This document shows, piece by piece, positions 22,082 through 31,867 of a stretch of DNA of 64,000 nucleotides (position 1 is its first letter; each line of letters starts with the position of its first letter). Under the pieces are notes generated by a model. That model made no database searches and had not been told where the DNA came from. It was given only the letters and a program-made list of their open reading frames with translations. The position numbers were made by a program, and so were the translations under genes. Origin of the DNA: Geopsychrobacteraceae bacterium (GTDB lineage: Bacteria > Desulfobacterota > Desulfuromonadia > Desulfuromonadales > Geopsychrobacteraceae); assembly GCA_963676795.2 (NCBI GenBank), contig CAXXTB010000002.1, positions 1,952,001-2,016,000 on the forward strand. Direction: 5' to 3'.

Positions 22082-23458
22082 ATGTCAGACAGACCACGGA
22101 TTCTACTGATCGATGACGAACCTGACAGTTGCAAAGCCCTGTCCATCCTTCTGGGCAAAGCGGGCTACCTGGTTGATTTTTTCCACAGCGGAGAGGAAGC
22201 CCTCCAGCGGATCCAGCAGCTACAGTACGACCTGATCATCAGCGACCTTCTACTTCCCGGAGTGAGCGGAATCGATATCCTCAAGCAGGTCAAAGAGAAA
22301 TCACCGAACACCTCCGTCATTCTGATTACCGGCAACGCTTCGGCGGAAACCGCCGTAGAAGCGATGAAGGAAGGGGCGCTCGACTACATCACCAAGCCTT
22401 TCAACATTGAACGCCTCAAACTGCAGGTTGCCAAAGCCCTGGAAAAAAGCCGCCTGGTGCTGGAAAACCAGTACCTGCGCCAGCAACTCCATGGCCGTTA
22501 CCATTTCGACAACATCATCGGCACCAGCCAGGCGATGCAAAAGGTCTTCAGTCGCATGGAGAAGGTCGTGGCTACCGATTCGACCATCCTGATCCTCGGC
22601 GCATCGGGCACCGGCAAAGAGCTTGTCGCCAAGGCGATCCATTACAATGGCCCACGCAAGAACAAGCCCTTTGTCGCCATCAACTGCGGCGCGATCCCGG
22701 CCGACCTGCTTGAATCCGAACTGTTTGGCCATGTCAAAGGCGCATTCACCAGTGCCATCGCCGACAAGCCGGGAAAATTTGAAGTGGCCAACGGTGGTAC
22801 GATTTTTCTCGATGAAATCGGCGACATGCCCCTGCAGCTGCAGATGAAGCTACTGCGCGTACTGCAGGAACATGAATTCGAGCGGGTCGGCTCAAGCAAA
22901 AAAATCGAACTCGACGTCAGACTGATCTCGGCAACCAACGTCGATCTCCAGGATCAGATCAAAAAAGGCCATTTCAGGGAAGACCTCTATTACCGGCTGA
23001 ATGTCATCCCGGTTCACCTCCCCTCCCTCAAGGAACGGCGTGGTGACATTCCGCAGCTTGCCCGCTATTTTCTGGAAAAGACCTGCAAAGAGATGGGCCG
23101 CCAGATGACCATCGCCAGCGACGCGCTTCAGGCCATGGAAAACTACGGCTGGCCGGGGAATGTCAGAGAGATGGAGAATATCATCGAGCGGGTCGTGGCC
23201 CTGACCGACAGCGATGTCATACACTACACCGACCTGCCGACCGATATTGCCGAAAGCCTGAAAGAAACAGAAAAAATATCGACACAACTGACCAGTGCCG
23301 GGGTGAACCTGAACCTTCTGGTTGCGGAGCTTGAAAAAGACCTGATCCAGCAGGCACTGCTGATCAGCCGGGGGGTGAAAGCACGTGCGGCTGAGCTTTT
23401 AGGGCTCAACCGCACGACTCTGGTTGAAAAGATGAAACGTCTGGGGCTGGAACTCTAG
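22082..23458 (+). CDS. NtrC-family sigma54-dependent response regulator
   Basis: REC domain; GASGTGKE; GAFTSA; WPGNVRE; Fis HTH. Confidence 0.92.
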   Translation: MSDRPRILLIDDEPDSCKALSILLGKAGYLVDFFHSGEEALQRIQQLQYDLIISDLLLPGVSGIDILKQVKEKSPNTSVILITGNASAETAVEAMKEGALDYITKPFNIERLKLQVAKALEKSRLVLENQYLRQQLHGRYHFDNIIGTSQAMQKVFSRMEKVVATDSTILILGASGTGKELVAKAIHYNGPRKNKPFVAINCGAIPADLLESELFGHVKGAFTSAIADKPGKFEVANGGTIFLDEIGDMPLQLQMKLLRVLQEHEFERVGSSKKIELDVRLISATNVDLQDQIKKGHFREDLYYRLNVIPVHLPSLKERRGDIPQLARYFLEKTCKEMGRQMTIASDALQAMENYGWPGNVREMENIIERVVALTDSDVIHYTDLPTDIAESLKETEKISTQLTSAGVNLNLLVAELEKDLIQQALLISRGVKARAAELLGLNRTTLVEKMKRLGLEL

Positions 23459-23471
23459 ATCCCGAGAGCTT

Positions 23472-25283
23472 TTATTTGCTTTTCTTTTCCATCTTCTTGC
23501 GCTCATTGGCGTCAAGGTAACGCTTGCGCAAGCGGATCGATTTCGGAGTGACTTCGACCAGCTCGTCGTCATCGATATATTCGAGAGCCTGCTCCAGGGA
23601 CAGATTCTTCGGCGGCGTCAGACGCACCGCATCGTCACTGCCCGAGGCCCGGACGTTGGTCAGCTTCTTGCCCTTGCTGACGTTGACAACAAGATCGTTC
23701 TCCTTGGCATGTTGGCCAACGATCATACCTTCGTAAACCTCGATGCCCGGACCAACAAAGAGGATACCGCGATCCTGCAGACCGAACAACGAGTAGGCAA
23801 CGGTTTCACCCGCCTCCATGGCAATCAGGACGCCATTTTTACGGCCGACGATCGGTCCCTTGTGCGGACCGTACTGATCAAAGGTGTGGTTCATGACACC
23901 AGTACCACGGGTGTCGGTGAGGAATTCAGTTCTGAAACCGATCAGGCCACGGGCAGGGATCTTGAACTCAAGACGATTGGTTCCGTCCATCGGCACCATC
24001 GACAACATCTCGGCCTTACGGGTACCGAGTTTCTCGATGACGGTTCCCTGGTATTCTTCCGGCACATCGATGGTCAGGTGCTCCATCGGCTCCATCCGAA
24101 CGCCATCAACCTCACGGAAGATAACTTCCGGCTTGGAAACGGACATCTCGAAACCTTCGCGACGCATGTTTTCGATCAAGATCGACAAGTGCAGCTCACC
24201 ACGACCGGAAACCTTGAAGGTGTCGGTATTGTCGGTGTCTTCAACGCGCAGGGAAACGTTGGTCAGCAGTTCCTTCATCAGGCGGTCGCGGATGTTCCGC
24301 GAGGTCACGTATTTCCCCTCGCGACCGGCGAAAGGAGAGTTGCTGACCATGAAGTTCATCGACAGGGTCGGTTCGTCGATAGCAACATAAGGCAGAGCTT
24401 CCGGGCTTTCTGCCGAAGCGATGGTCTCACCGATACCGAGATCCTCGAAGCCGGCGATAGAGACGATATCCCCGGCCAGTGCTTCTTCGATCTCGATCTG
24501 CTGCAAGCCCTGGTAGCCGAGCAGCTTGGATATCCGACCGGTGACGATCTTGCCTTCCTTGTTGATGGTCGCCACGGTTTCACCGGCCTTGACCCGACCG
24601 TTGAAGATCTTGCCGGTGACGATACGGCCGATAAACTTATTGTAGGCTACGCTGGTGACCAGCATCTGCAGCGGCTTGGCAACATCACCGGTCGGTGGCG
24701 CAACATTGTCGCGAATGGCTTGGAACAGCGGCTCGAGATTGTCCGACTCCTCGTCCAGATCGAGCTTGGCGTAGCCGTTCTTGGCACTGGCGTAGACGAT
24801 TGGGAATTCGAGTTGCTCCTCGTTGGCGTTCAGTTCGCAGAACAGGTCGAAAACCATGTTGACGACATCTTCAGGACGAGCCCCCGGACGGTCAATCTTG
24901 TTGATGACAACAATCGGCTTGAGTCCCAGATCCAAAGACTTCTTGAGAACAAAACGGGTCTGCGGCATCGGGCCGTCAAAGGCATCGACGAGCAGCAGAA
25001 CCGAATCGACCATCTTGAGAATCCGCTCGACCTCGCCACCGAAGTCGGCGTGGCCCGGGGTGTCGACGATATTGATCTTGAGATCACCGTGCTGGACCGA
25101 CAGGTTCTTGGAAAGGATGGTGATACCACGCTCCTTCTCCAGATCGTTGCTGTCCATGACACGCTCGGTAATCGCCTGATTCTCACGGAAAACCCCGGAC
25201 TGAATCAGCATGGCATCGACCAGCGTGGTTTTACCATGGTCAACGTGAGCAATAATTGCGATATTTCTTATCTTCTCTGACAT
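23472..25283 (-). CDS. typA: Translational GTPase TypA/BipA
   Basis: [41 protein letters not shown]. Confidence 0.97.
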   Translation of the reverse strand: MSEKIRNIAIIAHVDHGKTTLVDAMLIQSGVFRENQAITERVMDSNDLEKERGITILSKNLSVQHGDLKINIVDTPGHADFGGEVERILKMVDSVLLLVDAFDGPMPQTRFVLKKSLDLGLKPIVVINKIDRPGARPEDVVNMVFDLFCELNANEEQLEFPIVYASAKNGYAKLDLDEESDNLEPLFQAIRDNVAPPTGDVAKPLQMLVTSVAYNKFIGRIVTGKIFNGRVKAGETVATINKEGKIVTGRISKLLGYQGLQQIEIEEALAGDIVSIAGFEDLGIGETIASAESPEALPYVAIDEPTLSMNFMVSNSPFAGREGKYVTSRNIRDRLMKELLTNVSLRVEDTDNTDTFKVSGRGELHLSILIENMRREGFEMSVSKPEVIFREVDGVRMEPMEHLTIDVPEEYQGTVIEKLGTRKAEMLSMVPMDGTNRLEFKIPARGLIGFRTEFLTDTRGTGVMNHTFDQYGPHKGPIVGRKNGVLIAMEAGETVAYSLFGLQDRGILFVGPGIEVYEGMIVGQHAKENDLVVNVSKGKKLTNVRASGSDDAVRLTPPKNLSLEQALEYIDDDELVEVTPKSIRLRKRYLDANERKKMEKKSK

Positions 25284-25421
25284 ATAATAAGTCCTTTAGA
25301 AACAATAACTTCCCGAAAAGATCGGGATTATGCCAGAAAGCCCATGACAAGCCAAGGAAATAAACGGCATAAATCAAATTCTAACAGCAGGAATTTATCA
25401 GCGTGGTAAATGCTCAATTTC

Positions 25422-25450
25422 TTGACAGGTATTGATCTTTTACCTATGGT
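25422..25450 (+). promoter_or_regulatory. Putative sigma70 promoter of aroK-aroB fusion
   Basis: TTGACA-N17-TATGGT. Confidence 0.55.
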
Positions 25451-25486
25451 TCTGAGCTGAAATGTCACGCCGAGGATAATATACGC

Positions 25487-27067
25487 ATGTCAAAATCGAA
25501 TATCATTCTGACCGGTTTCATGGGAACCGGAAAAACAACCGTCGGCCGCCTGATGGCGGAAAAACTCAATTACGAGTTCATCGACACCGATGTCTTTATT
25601 GAGGAACGGATCGGCTGCACCATCGCCGAGTATTTCCGCGACCAGGGGGAAGCCGCCTTCCGCCAGCAGGAAGCGAACCTGGCCCAGGAGCTGTCGAAAC
25701 GTAAAGGGCTGGTCATCTCGACCGGCGGACGGATGATGCTCGATCCGGCCAACGCCGCGGCCTTAAGCAAAACAGGTCGGGTGTTCTGCCTGGTTGCCAC
25801 CCCTGAAGAGATCCTGGAAAGGGTCACGGGCGATTCAAACGTCAGACCGCTGCTGCAGGTAGCTAATCCGCTCGAACATATCGTCGAGCTGCTGGAACAG
25901 CGCAAAAAAGGCTACCGACGCTTCTCCCAGTTCACCACCTCGGAACGTAACCCACATGACATCGCCGACGAACTGAGTGAATTCGTTCAGGGAAAAAAAG
26001 ATCTCAGGCTAGAGATCTCGACACCGTCCACCGCCTACGAATTCATCGTCGGCGGAGGGATCCTCCCCTTCATCAATCATCTAGCCCACATTGAAGGACC
26101 GGTCGCCATCATCACCGATGAATCGGTAGCCCCGCTCTATGCCCAGAGCTGCGGCATCGCCGATGTCATAATCAGCGTTCCGCCAGGCCGCCAGAATAAA
26201 ACCCTGGAAACGACCCAGAGAATCTACCAGCAGCTGCTCGCCGCCGGCATCGACCGCAGCGGTACCATTATTGCCCTGGGCGGCACCGTCATCAGCGAAC
26301 TCGCGGGCTTTGTCGCTGCGACCTATATGCGCGGCATCGACTGCGTCCAGTGCCCGACCAGCCTGCTGGCCATGGTCGACACCAGCATCGGCGGAAAAAC
26401 CGGCATTGACCTCCCTGAAGGGAAAAACATCATTGGTGCTTTTAAACAGCCAAAGACCGTCATTGCCGATGTTGCGACCCTGCAGAGTCTCTCGCCACGG
26501 GCCTTCGCTTCCGGCATGGCCGAAGTCATCAAACACAGCCTGATCGCCGACTCAGACCTGCTGGAAAAGATCGAGTCGGGCAACTGGAAGCCTGCCGATG
26601 GCGGTTTTCAGGAAGCATCCGCCCTGCAGGAGCTGGTCGCCCAGGCGATTCAGGTCAAAATCAATATCATCCAGGAAGACCCTTACGATCAGGGGCGCCG
26701 CGCTGTCCTCAACTTCGGCCACACCTTCGCCAACGCAATCGAGCTATTAAGCAACCACCAGGTCAATCACGGCGAAGCTGTCGCTATCGGCCTGGTCATC
26801 GCCGCGACTCTGTCGGTTAAACTCGAACTGTGCGACAAACAGTTGATTGAACGGATCGAAAAGGTCCTGACCTCCGCAGCACTGCCGATTCGCATTCCGG
26901 CAGGGATGTCACCAGAAGAGATCATCAAGGTGATGGCCAACGACAAAAAGAAAAAAGACGGCAGGGTCCGCTATATCCTGATTCGCGAAATTGGCGACGT
27001 CTTCATGACTGACGACGTTCCCGCTGCCAGCGTACTGGAGGTCCTGCACAGCCTGGTCGAAAAATAG
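25487..27067 (+). CDS. Shikimate kinase / 3-dehydroquinate synthase-like fusion
   Basis: GFMGTGKTT...GEAAFR...RPLL (AroK); YMRG, VDTSIGGKTG, EVIKH, LNFGHT, HGEAV (AroB). Confidence 0.88.
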   Translation: MSKSNIILTGFMGTGKTTVGRLMAEKLNYEFIDTDVFIEERIGCTIAEYFRDQGEAAFRQQEANLAQELSKRKGLVISTGGRMMLDPANAAALSKTGRVFCLVATPEEILERVTGDSNVRPLLQVANPLEHIVELLEQRKKGYRRFSQFTTSERNPHDIADELSEFVQGKKDLRLEISTPSTAYEFIVGGGILPFINHLAHIEGPVAIITDESVAPLYAQSCGIADVIISVPPGRQNKTLETTQRIYQQLLAAGIDRSGTIIALGGTVISELAGFVAATYMRGIDCVQCPTSLLAMVDTSIGGKTGIDLPEGKNIIGAFKQPKTVIADVATLQSLSPRAFASGMAEVIKHSLIADSDLLEKIESGNWKPADGGFQEASALQELVAQAIQVKINIIQEDPYDQGRRAVLNFGHTFANAIELLSNHQVNHGEAVAIGLVIAATLSVKLELCDKQLIERIEKVLTSAALPIRIPAGMSPEEIIKVMANDKKKKDGRVRYILIREIGDVFMTDDVPAASVLEVLHSLVEK

Positions 27068-27085
27068 CAGTCCCCCATATAGGAA

Positions 27086-27123
27086 AAGAAAAGCCCGGAC
27101 CTGACTCGCTCCGGGCTTTTCTT
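27086..27123. terminator. Bidirectional intrinsic terminator
   Basis: AAGAAAAGCCCGGA...TCCGGGCTTTTCTT 14 bp stem between convergent genes. Confidence 0.8.
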
Positions 27124-27154
27124 ATTTTCATTGGCCCCACAAAGGGAGCTTAAC

Positions 27155-27943
27155 TCAGGCCTCGCCCATCAGGCGGGACATCTCCCGGGTCGCCTCAAGC
27201 AGCCCCTTGATCAGACGCTCGCGATGCTCCTCTTTAAAGCGATGCGAAGGTCCGACAATGGCGATAACAGCAGGGACGTTGTTATCAAAATCGAACAATG
27301 GTGCCGCAATCGCCGAGATCCCCTCTTCCCGCTCCTGATCATTGATGTCGTAACCGCGCTGACGGATCAACGCCAGACGCTTTTCTATCTCGTCAGAATC
27401 CATCATGGTGTTTTCGGTGAAGCGGACCATCTGCACCTTGGAGAGCACTTTTTCAATAAAAGCGGGATCTGAGTATGCAAGCAGAGTCCGGCCGGAAGCG
27501 GTCGGCGCAAGCTCCATATAATCCCCTTCGTTGATCGAGTAAACCAGACGGGAGTGGCCCATCTCACGGGCCATGCAGATACTTCTGGTCCCGTCAATGA
27601 CAAACAGCGCCGTCGATTCACCGGTCTCATCCGTCAGCCTGCGCATCAAAGGAACCGCGATCGAACGCAGCGAATTGGTCTTCTCGTAAACCTTGCCGAG
27701 CACCATCAGCTTGGGCCCCAGACGATAATTAGTTCGCGAGGTTCTGACCAGATAGCCGGAATTGATCAGGGTTCCGCACAAGCGGTGGACACGGCTCTTG
27801 TACAGACCGGTCTTGTCACACAGCTGATTAAGCGACAGTTCGGTTTCCTGCGGGGTAAAACAATCGAGAATTTCCAGTGCTTTGGTTACAGCGTCGACAA
27901 TCGGGACCGCCGAGGGCTTCTTTTCAACATCCTGCTGCGCCAT
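27155..27943 (-). CDS. IclR family transcriptional regulator
   Basis: KALEILDCF...KSRVHRL...YRLG HTH; TASGR; GISAIAAP; alternative start at 27961. Confidence 0.92.
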   Translation of the reverse strand: MAQQDVEKKPSAVPIVDAVTKALEILDCFTPQETELSLNQLCDKTGLYKSRVHRLCGTLINSGYLVRTSRTNYRLGPKLMVLGKVYEKTNSLRSIAVPLMRRLTDETGESTALFVIDGTRSICMAREMGHSRLVYSINEGDYMELAPTASGRTLLAYSDPAFIEKVLSKVQMVRFTENTMMDSDEIEKRLALIRQRGYDINDQEREEGISAIAAPLFDFDNNVPAVIAIVGPSHRFKEEHRERLIKGLLEATREMSRLMGEA

Positions 27944-28856
27944 AACATCCCCCTGAGGCAATGACAGTCTTCATCCGACCGGGCAGTTTACGTTCCAGTA
28001 ACACTTCAAGGAGCGCTACTGTATCACAGAGAGCCTTGACGTCAATCCCCGTCTTGACGCCCAGCGAATCGAACATGTTGACCGCATCTTCTGTCGGGAC
28101 ATTACCAGCTGCTCCGCGAATGAATGGACAGCCGCCCAGCCCCCCGGTACAGACATCAAAGACCCTGACACCCGCACGGTAGCCGGCATACATATTGGCC
28201 ATGCCCAGGCCTCGGGTATCATGCAGATGCAGGGATAACCCGACCAGCGGGAACTCAGCACGGACCTTGCCGACCAGGGACTGAATCGCTTCGGGATTTG
28301 CCATCCCGGTCGAATCGGCCAGGTTGATCTCTGCAGCCCCGGCCCTCGACAGTTTTTCAGCGGCGCTCAGAACAGTCGATTCCGCTATTTTACCTTCATA
28401 GGCACAGCCGAACGAGCATTGCAGACCAGCCCGCACAGTCAGCCCGGCCGTTGCGGCCTGGGCGATCAAACCGGTCATCAAGGCAAGCGCGTCTGTAGCG
28501 GATTTTCCGGCGTTCTTCAGACTGTGGCTATTACTCACGGAGACCGACATGCTGACATGCCCGACGCCACAGTCCAGAGCTCTTTCAAGCCCTTTGTCGT
28601 TGAGGATCAGAGCTGTGATCAGCGGCCCGTCCGGATCCTGGCGCAATATGGTTCGGATAAATTCATCGGAGTCGGCCATCTGCGGCACACGCTTGGGATT
28701 GACAAAAGAACCAACCTGAATACGACCGACACCGGCATTCTTCAGGCTGTCAAAAATGCGTAATTTTTCCTCGAGGGTAAAAATTCGTTTTTCAACCTGC
28801 AATCCATCCCTTAAACACTCATCTTCAAGTACAACATCAAGTTTTTCAGCACCCAT
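27924..28856 (-). CDS. Hydroxymethylglutaryl-CoA lyase-like protein
   Basis: LRDGLQ, SFVNPKRVPQMAD, HLHDTRG, GLGGCPF, GNVPTED. Confidence 0.88.
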   Translation of the reverse strand: MGAEKLDVVLEDECLRDGLQVEKRIFTLEEKLRIFDSLKNAGVGRIQVGSFVNPKRVPQMADSDEFIRTILRQDPDGPLITALILNDKGLERALDCGVGHVSMSVSVSNSHSLKNAGKSATDALALMTGLIAQAATAGLTVRAGLQCSFGCAYEGKIAESTVLSAAEKLSRAGAAEINLADSTGMANPEAIQSLVGKVRAEFPLVGLSLHLHDTRGLGMANMYAGYRAGVRVFDVCTGGLGGCPFIRGAAGNVPTEDAVNMFDSLGVKTGIDVKALCDTVALLEVLLERKLPGRMKTVIASGGCYGAAGC

Positions 28857-28887
28857 AAGCCTACCTTTTCCGCGGCAAAATGATGAA

Positions 28888-29877
28888 TCAGTCGGCGACA
28901 CGAACCAGAACCTTCATACGCTGAGGAGCCCCGAAATTCTCCAGGGCATCCTGTAGCTGATCAAGCCCGATCCGATCCGAAATCAACGGTTCGCTGTTAA
29001 TCCGCCCCTGGCTCAAGTACTCGAGACAGTGAGGGATTTCATCGGTATAGATCATCGACCCTCTGATTGTAAGCTCCTTGCGAACAATTTGTACCGTTGG
29101 CACGGAATGATCCTTGCCCGGGATACCGAGCAAAACGATCGTTCCACCGGGAGCCGCCAGATTTATTGACTGATCAAGCGCAGCAACCGCTCCGCTTGTT
29201 TCAAAGACCACATCAAACTGACCGTAAAGGGTCTGTAATTCGTCCTGACTGGAAACGGTTCGGCGGGCACCAAGCCGAGAGGCCAGCTCCAAGCGTGGTT
29301 CCATCAGATCGCAGATAGTAATGTTGTCACAATTATGTTCAACCAGTTGCAGGGTCAACTGGCCCATGACACCGGCGCCAAAAATCAAGGTCCTTGACTG
29401 CATTTTGACCTGGGCAAGATTAAACGCGTGCGCCGTCACGGCAAAAGGCTCAGCAAAAATCGCCACCTCATCCGGCAGATCATCAGGGACCGGGCAGACA
29501 GCCTGAGCAGGAACAACAACGTATTCAGCAAACACGCCATGAGTATCGATGCCAAGACGCACCTTGTTGCGGCAGAGGTTGGTCATGCCCTTCTGACAGA
29601 GGTCACAGTGGCCACAAAAAAAGTTGGGATGAATAGCGACCCGCTGTCCGATATAGATATTCTCGACCTCAGCTCCGACAGACTCAACAATACCGATCGC
29701 TTCGTGGCCAAGAACAACTGGAAGCCCGGTCCGGATTTTACCGGTGAAGACTGAACTATCGGAACCACATAGAGCTGCATACTTCACAGCGATTCGAACT
29801 TGATCCTTTAGCGGGACAGGCGTATCAATATCCTCAACAACAATACGTCCCAAATCCTTCAACACTGCAGCCTTCAT
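28888..29877 (-). CDS. Zinc-dependent alcohol/polyol dehydrogenase (MDR family)
   Basis: CGSD, GHE, CGHCDLC...C, GAGVMG. Confidence 0.9.
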   Translation of the reverse strand: MKAAVLKDLGRIVVEDIDTPVPLKDQVRIAVKYAALCGSDSSVFTGKIRTGLPVVLGHEAIGIVESVGAEVENIYIGQRVAIHPNFFCGHCDLCQKGMTNLCRNKVRLGIDTHGVFAEYVVVPAQAVCPVPDDLPDEVAIFAEPFAVTAHAFNLAQVKMQSRTLIFGAGVMGQLTLQLVEHNCDNITICDLMEPRLELASRLGARRTVSSQDELQTLYGQFDVVFETSGAVAALDQSINLAAPGGTIVLLGIPGKDHSVPTVQIVRKELTIRGSMIYTDEIPHCLEYLSQGRINSEPLISDRIGLDQLQDALENFGAPQRMKVLVRVAD

Positions 29878-30110
29878 ATCTCCTCCATCCTATCCAATGG
29901 ACTAACGTTTCACCAAGTAGGCTAGACCTTTCTTGACTTTAAATCAATAGCTCAACTCAGAAAAAAGTCTGCAGTATACATTTTTTCATATTTCCCTGAT
30001 TTAGCGCTATAATTTCTTTTCATCAAGAATCTCAATAACTTCCTTTTGCATTATGGGCTCCGGCTCTCCTGAATTAGCTGATTTGGAAAAAATATCGTTT
30101 TATTTATATG

Positions 30111-30173
30111 TTGACAGAAACCTCAACGCCAAATATCCTCCTGTTAAGGATAGCGTCCTCCCCTAAAGGATGC
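30111..30173 (+). promoter_or_regulatory. Putative sigma70 promoter with tandem palindromic operator
   Basis: TTGACA-N17-TATCCT; TATCCT-N7-AGGATA (30134-30152) and GCGTCCT-N7-AGGATGC (30153-30173). Confidence 0.6.
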
Positions 30174-30279
30174 GCAGTCTGGGAGACAACCAACGAAAGT
30201 AAAAAAAATAGAGTAAAATATATCCTGAAGTACCCGACAACTGCTGGTCACCACACCTATCAATCAATGGAGGTAACAA

Positions 30280-31284
30280 ATGAAGGGCTACAAGCTGTCT
30301 GGTTTCATGCTATTTGTTTTACTGCTTATCGCTTCCCCCCTTATTGCTGCGGATTATCCAACCCGCGATCTACAGGGCGTCATCATGTGGGGCGCTGGCG
30401 GCTCGACTGACAATTTTGCCCGTGCCGTCACACCGAATGTCGAACCTGCTCTCGGCAAGGATATTGTTCTGACCAACAAGCCGGGCGGTACCGGAGCTAT
30501 TGCCACCCAGTTTGTATACAGTAGCCGCTCCGACGGTTATACCCTGCTCTACGGTGCTGAAAACCCTCAGCTCTATGGAGTCCTTGGCCTTTCAAAACTC
30601 AGCTATGATGATTTTTATCCTGTCAACATCCTGGCTCGCGGCCAGGTCGTCATCATCACCCGTAACGACACGCCATGGAAGACGTTCAAAGATCTGATTG
30701 AAGACGCGCAGGCAAATCCTGGAAAGCTAAAAATGGGCACGACCGGTCCTGGTGGCGTCCCTTACGTTGTCGGCAAGTTGATGCAGACCGTCACCGGGTT
30801 TGATGTCGCATCAGTTCCTTTTGCCGGAGACGGCCCTGGCATCACTGCCCTGCTCGGTGGCCACATCGACTTCATGCCAACCGTTATCTCCGCTTCCAGC
30901 GAACATATCCGCGCCGGCCGCGTCAGAGCTCTGGCCGTCGTTGATTCTGCACCAATAACCGTAGCTGGCGCAGAGATCGCACCAATAACCCAAGACTACC
31001 CGGCCTTTGACAAGTATGTCCCATGGGGACCGTTCTTCGGTGTCTGGTGTAAGAAAGATGTCCCTGACAACATCAAACAGAAACTGACCAGCGCCTTTGC
31101 CACCGGAGCCTCTTCTGACCGCTTCAAAGAGTTCGTTGCCAACAACGAAGCTGTCCTGATGAACATCAGTGGGGATGAAGCACAAGCCTTCCTCAATAAG
31201 TGGCGCTCCATCACCTCCTGGCTCCTACACGATGCAGGCGCAACCAAGGTTTCCCCGGAAGAACTGGGTATTGCCAAACCCTAA
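30280..31284 (+). CDS. Tripartite tricarboxylate transporter substrate-binding protein (TctC/Bug)
   Basis: Signal peptide; YPTR...WGAGGSTD...NKPGGTG...DGYTLL. Confidence 0.9.
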   Translation: MKGYKLSGFMLFVLLLIASPLIAADYPTRDLQGVIMWGAGGSTDNFARAVTPNVEPALGKDIVLTNKPGGTGAIATQFVYSSRSDGYTLLYGAENPQLYGVLGLSKLSYDDFYPVNILARGQVVIITRNDTPWKTFKDLIEDAQANPGKLKMGTTGPGGVPYVVGKLMQTVTGFDVASVPFAGDGPGITALLGGHIDFMPTVISASSEHIRAGRVRALAVVDSAPITVAGAEIAPITQDYPAFDKYVPWGPFFGVWCKKDVPDNIKQKLTSAFATGASSDRFKEFVANNEAVLMNISGDEAQAFLNKWRSITSWLLHDAGATKVSPEELGIAKP

Positions 31285-31375
31285 GCTGGACCTGAAACAC
31301 CCCTCCCTGCCCCGCTCAAAGCAGGACGGGAGGGGGCTTTAATGTGCATGACGAAAGAAAGTGAGAGAACCGCCC

Positions 31376-31849
31376 ATGAGTCACGACGAGAGCAACAGGC
31401 TTCGCGCCGGAGAAAGCTATTACGACCTTCTGATCCTCCTGGCCAGTATAGTCCTACTGGTCATCGCCTACCGTATTTCCGGTTTCAAGATCAGCGCCCC
31501 GGGCACCTTCCCGCTGGCGTCGACCACTGTTATGGTCGCTGCCATGCTGACGGTGATCTGGAGTAACCGCAAAAGAAAGCGGTCCACCGAGGACGGCTTC
31601 GGTGCAGAGATCAGGCAGATGCTCCGTGAAGTCTTTACCCGCGATTTTGTTATCTACTCGATTCTCTGCATCGCTTATGTGGCCCTGATTCAGCCGACCC
31701 ACTTCCTGCCCAGCTCCTTTGCCTTCCTGGTCGCCTCGATCTTCTTTCTCAAAGGGGGCGGACCGCTCAAGGCGGTTCTGATCAGCGCCGGGACCCTGGC
31801 CTGCATCTACCTGATCTTTCTTTACTTCTTCAAAGTCCTGCTGCCATAA
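31376..31849 (+). CDS. Tripartite tricarboxylate transporter small subunit (TctB-like)
   Basis: Small multi-TM protein, PGTFP, C-terminal FKVLLP, between tctC and tctA homologues. Confidence 0.85.
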   Translation: MSHDESNRLRAGESYYDLLILLASIVLLVIAYRISGFKISAPGTFPLASTTVMVAAMLTVIWSNRKRKRSTEDGFGAEIRQMLREVFTRDFVIYSILCIAYVALIQPTHFLPSSFAFLVASIFFLKGGGPLKAVLISAGTLACIYLIFLYFFKVLLP

Positions 31850-31867
31850 AGATAAAGGGGTATTCAC

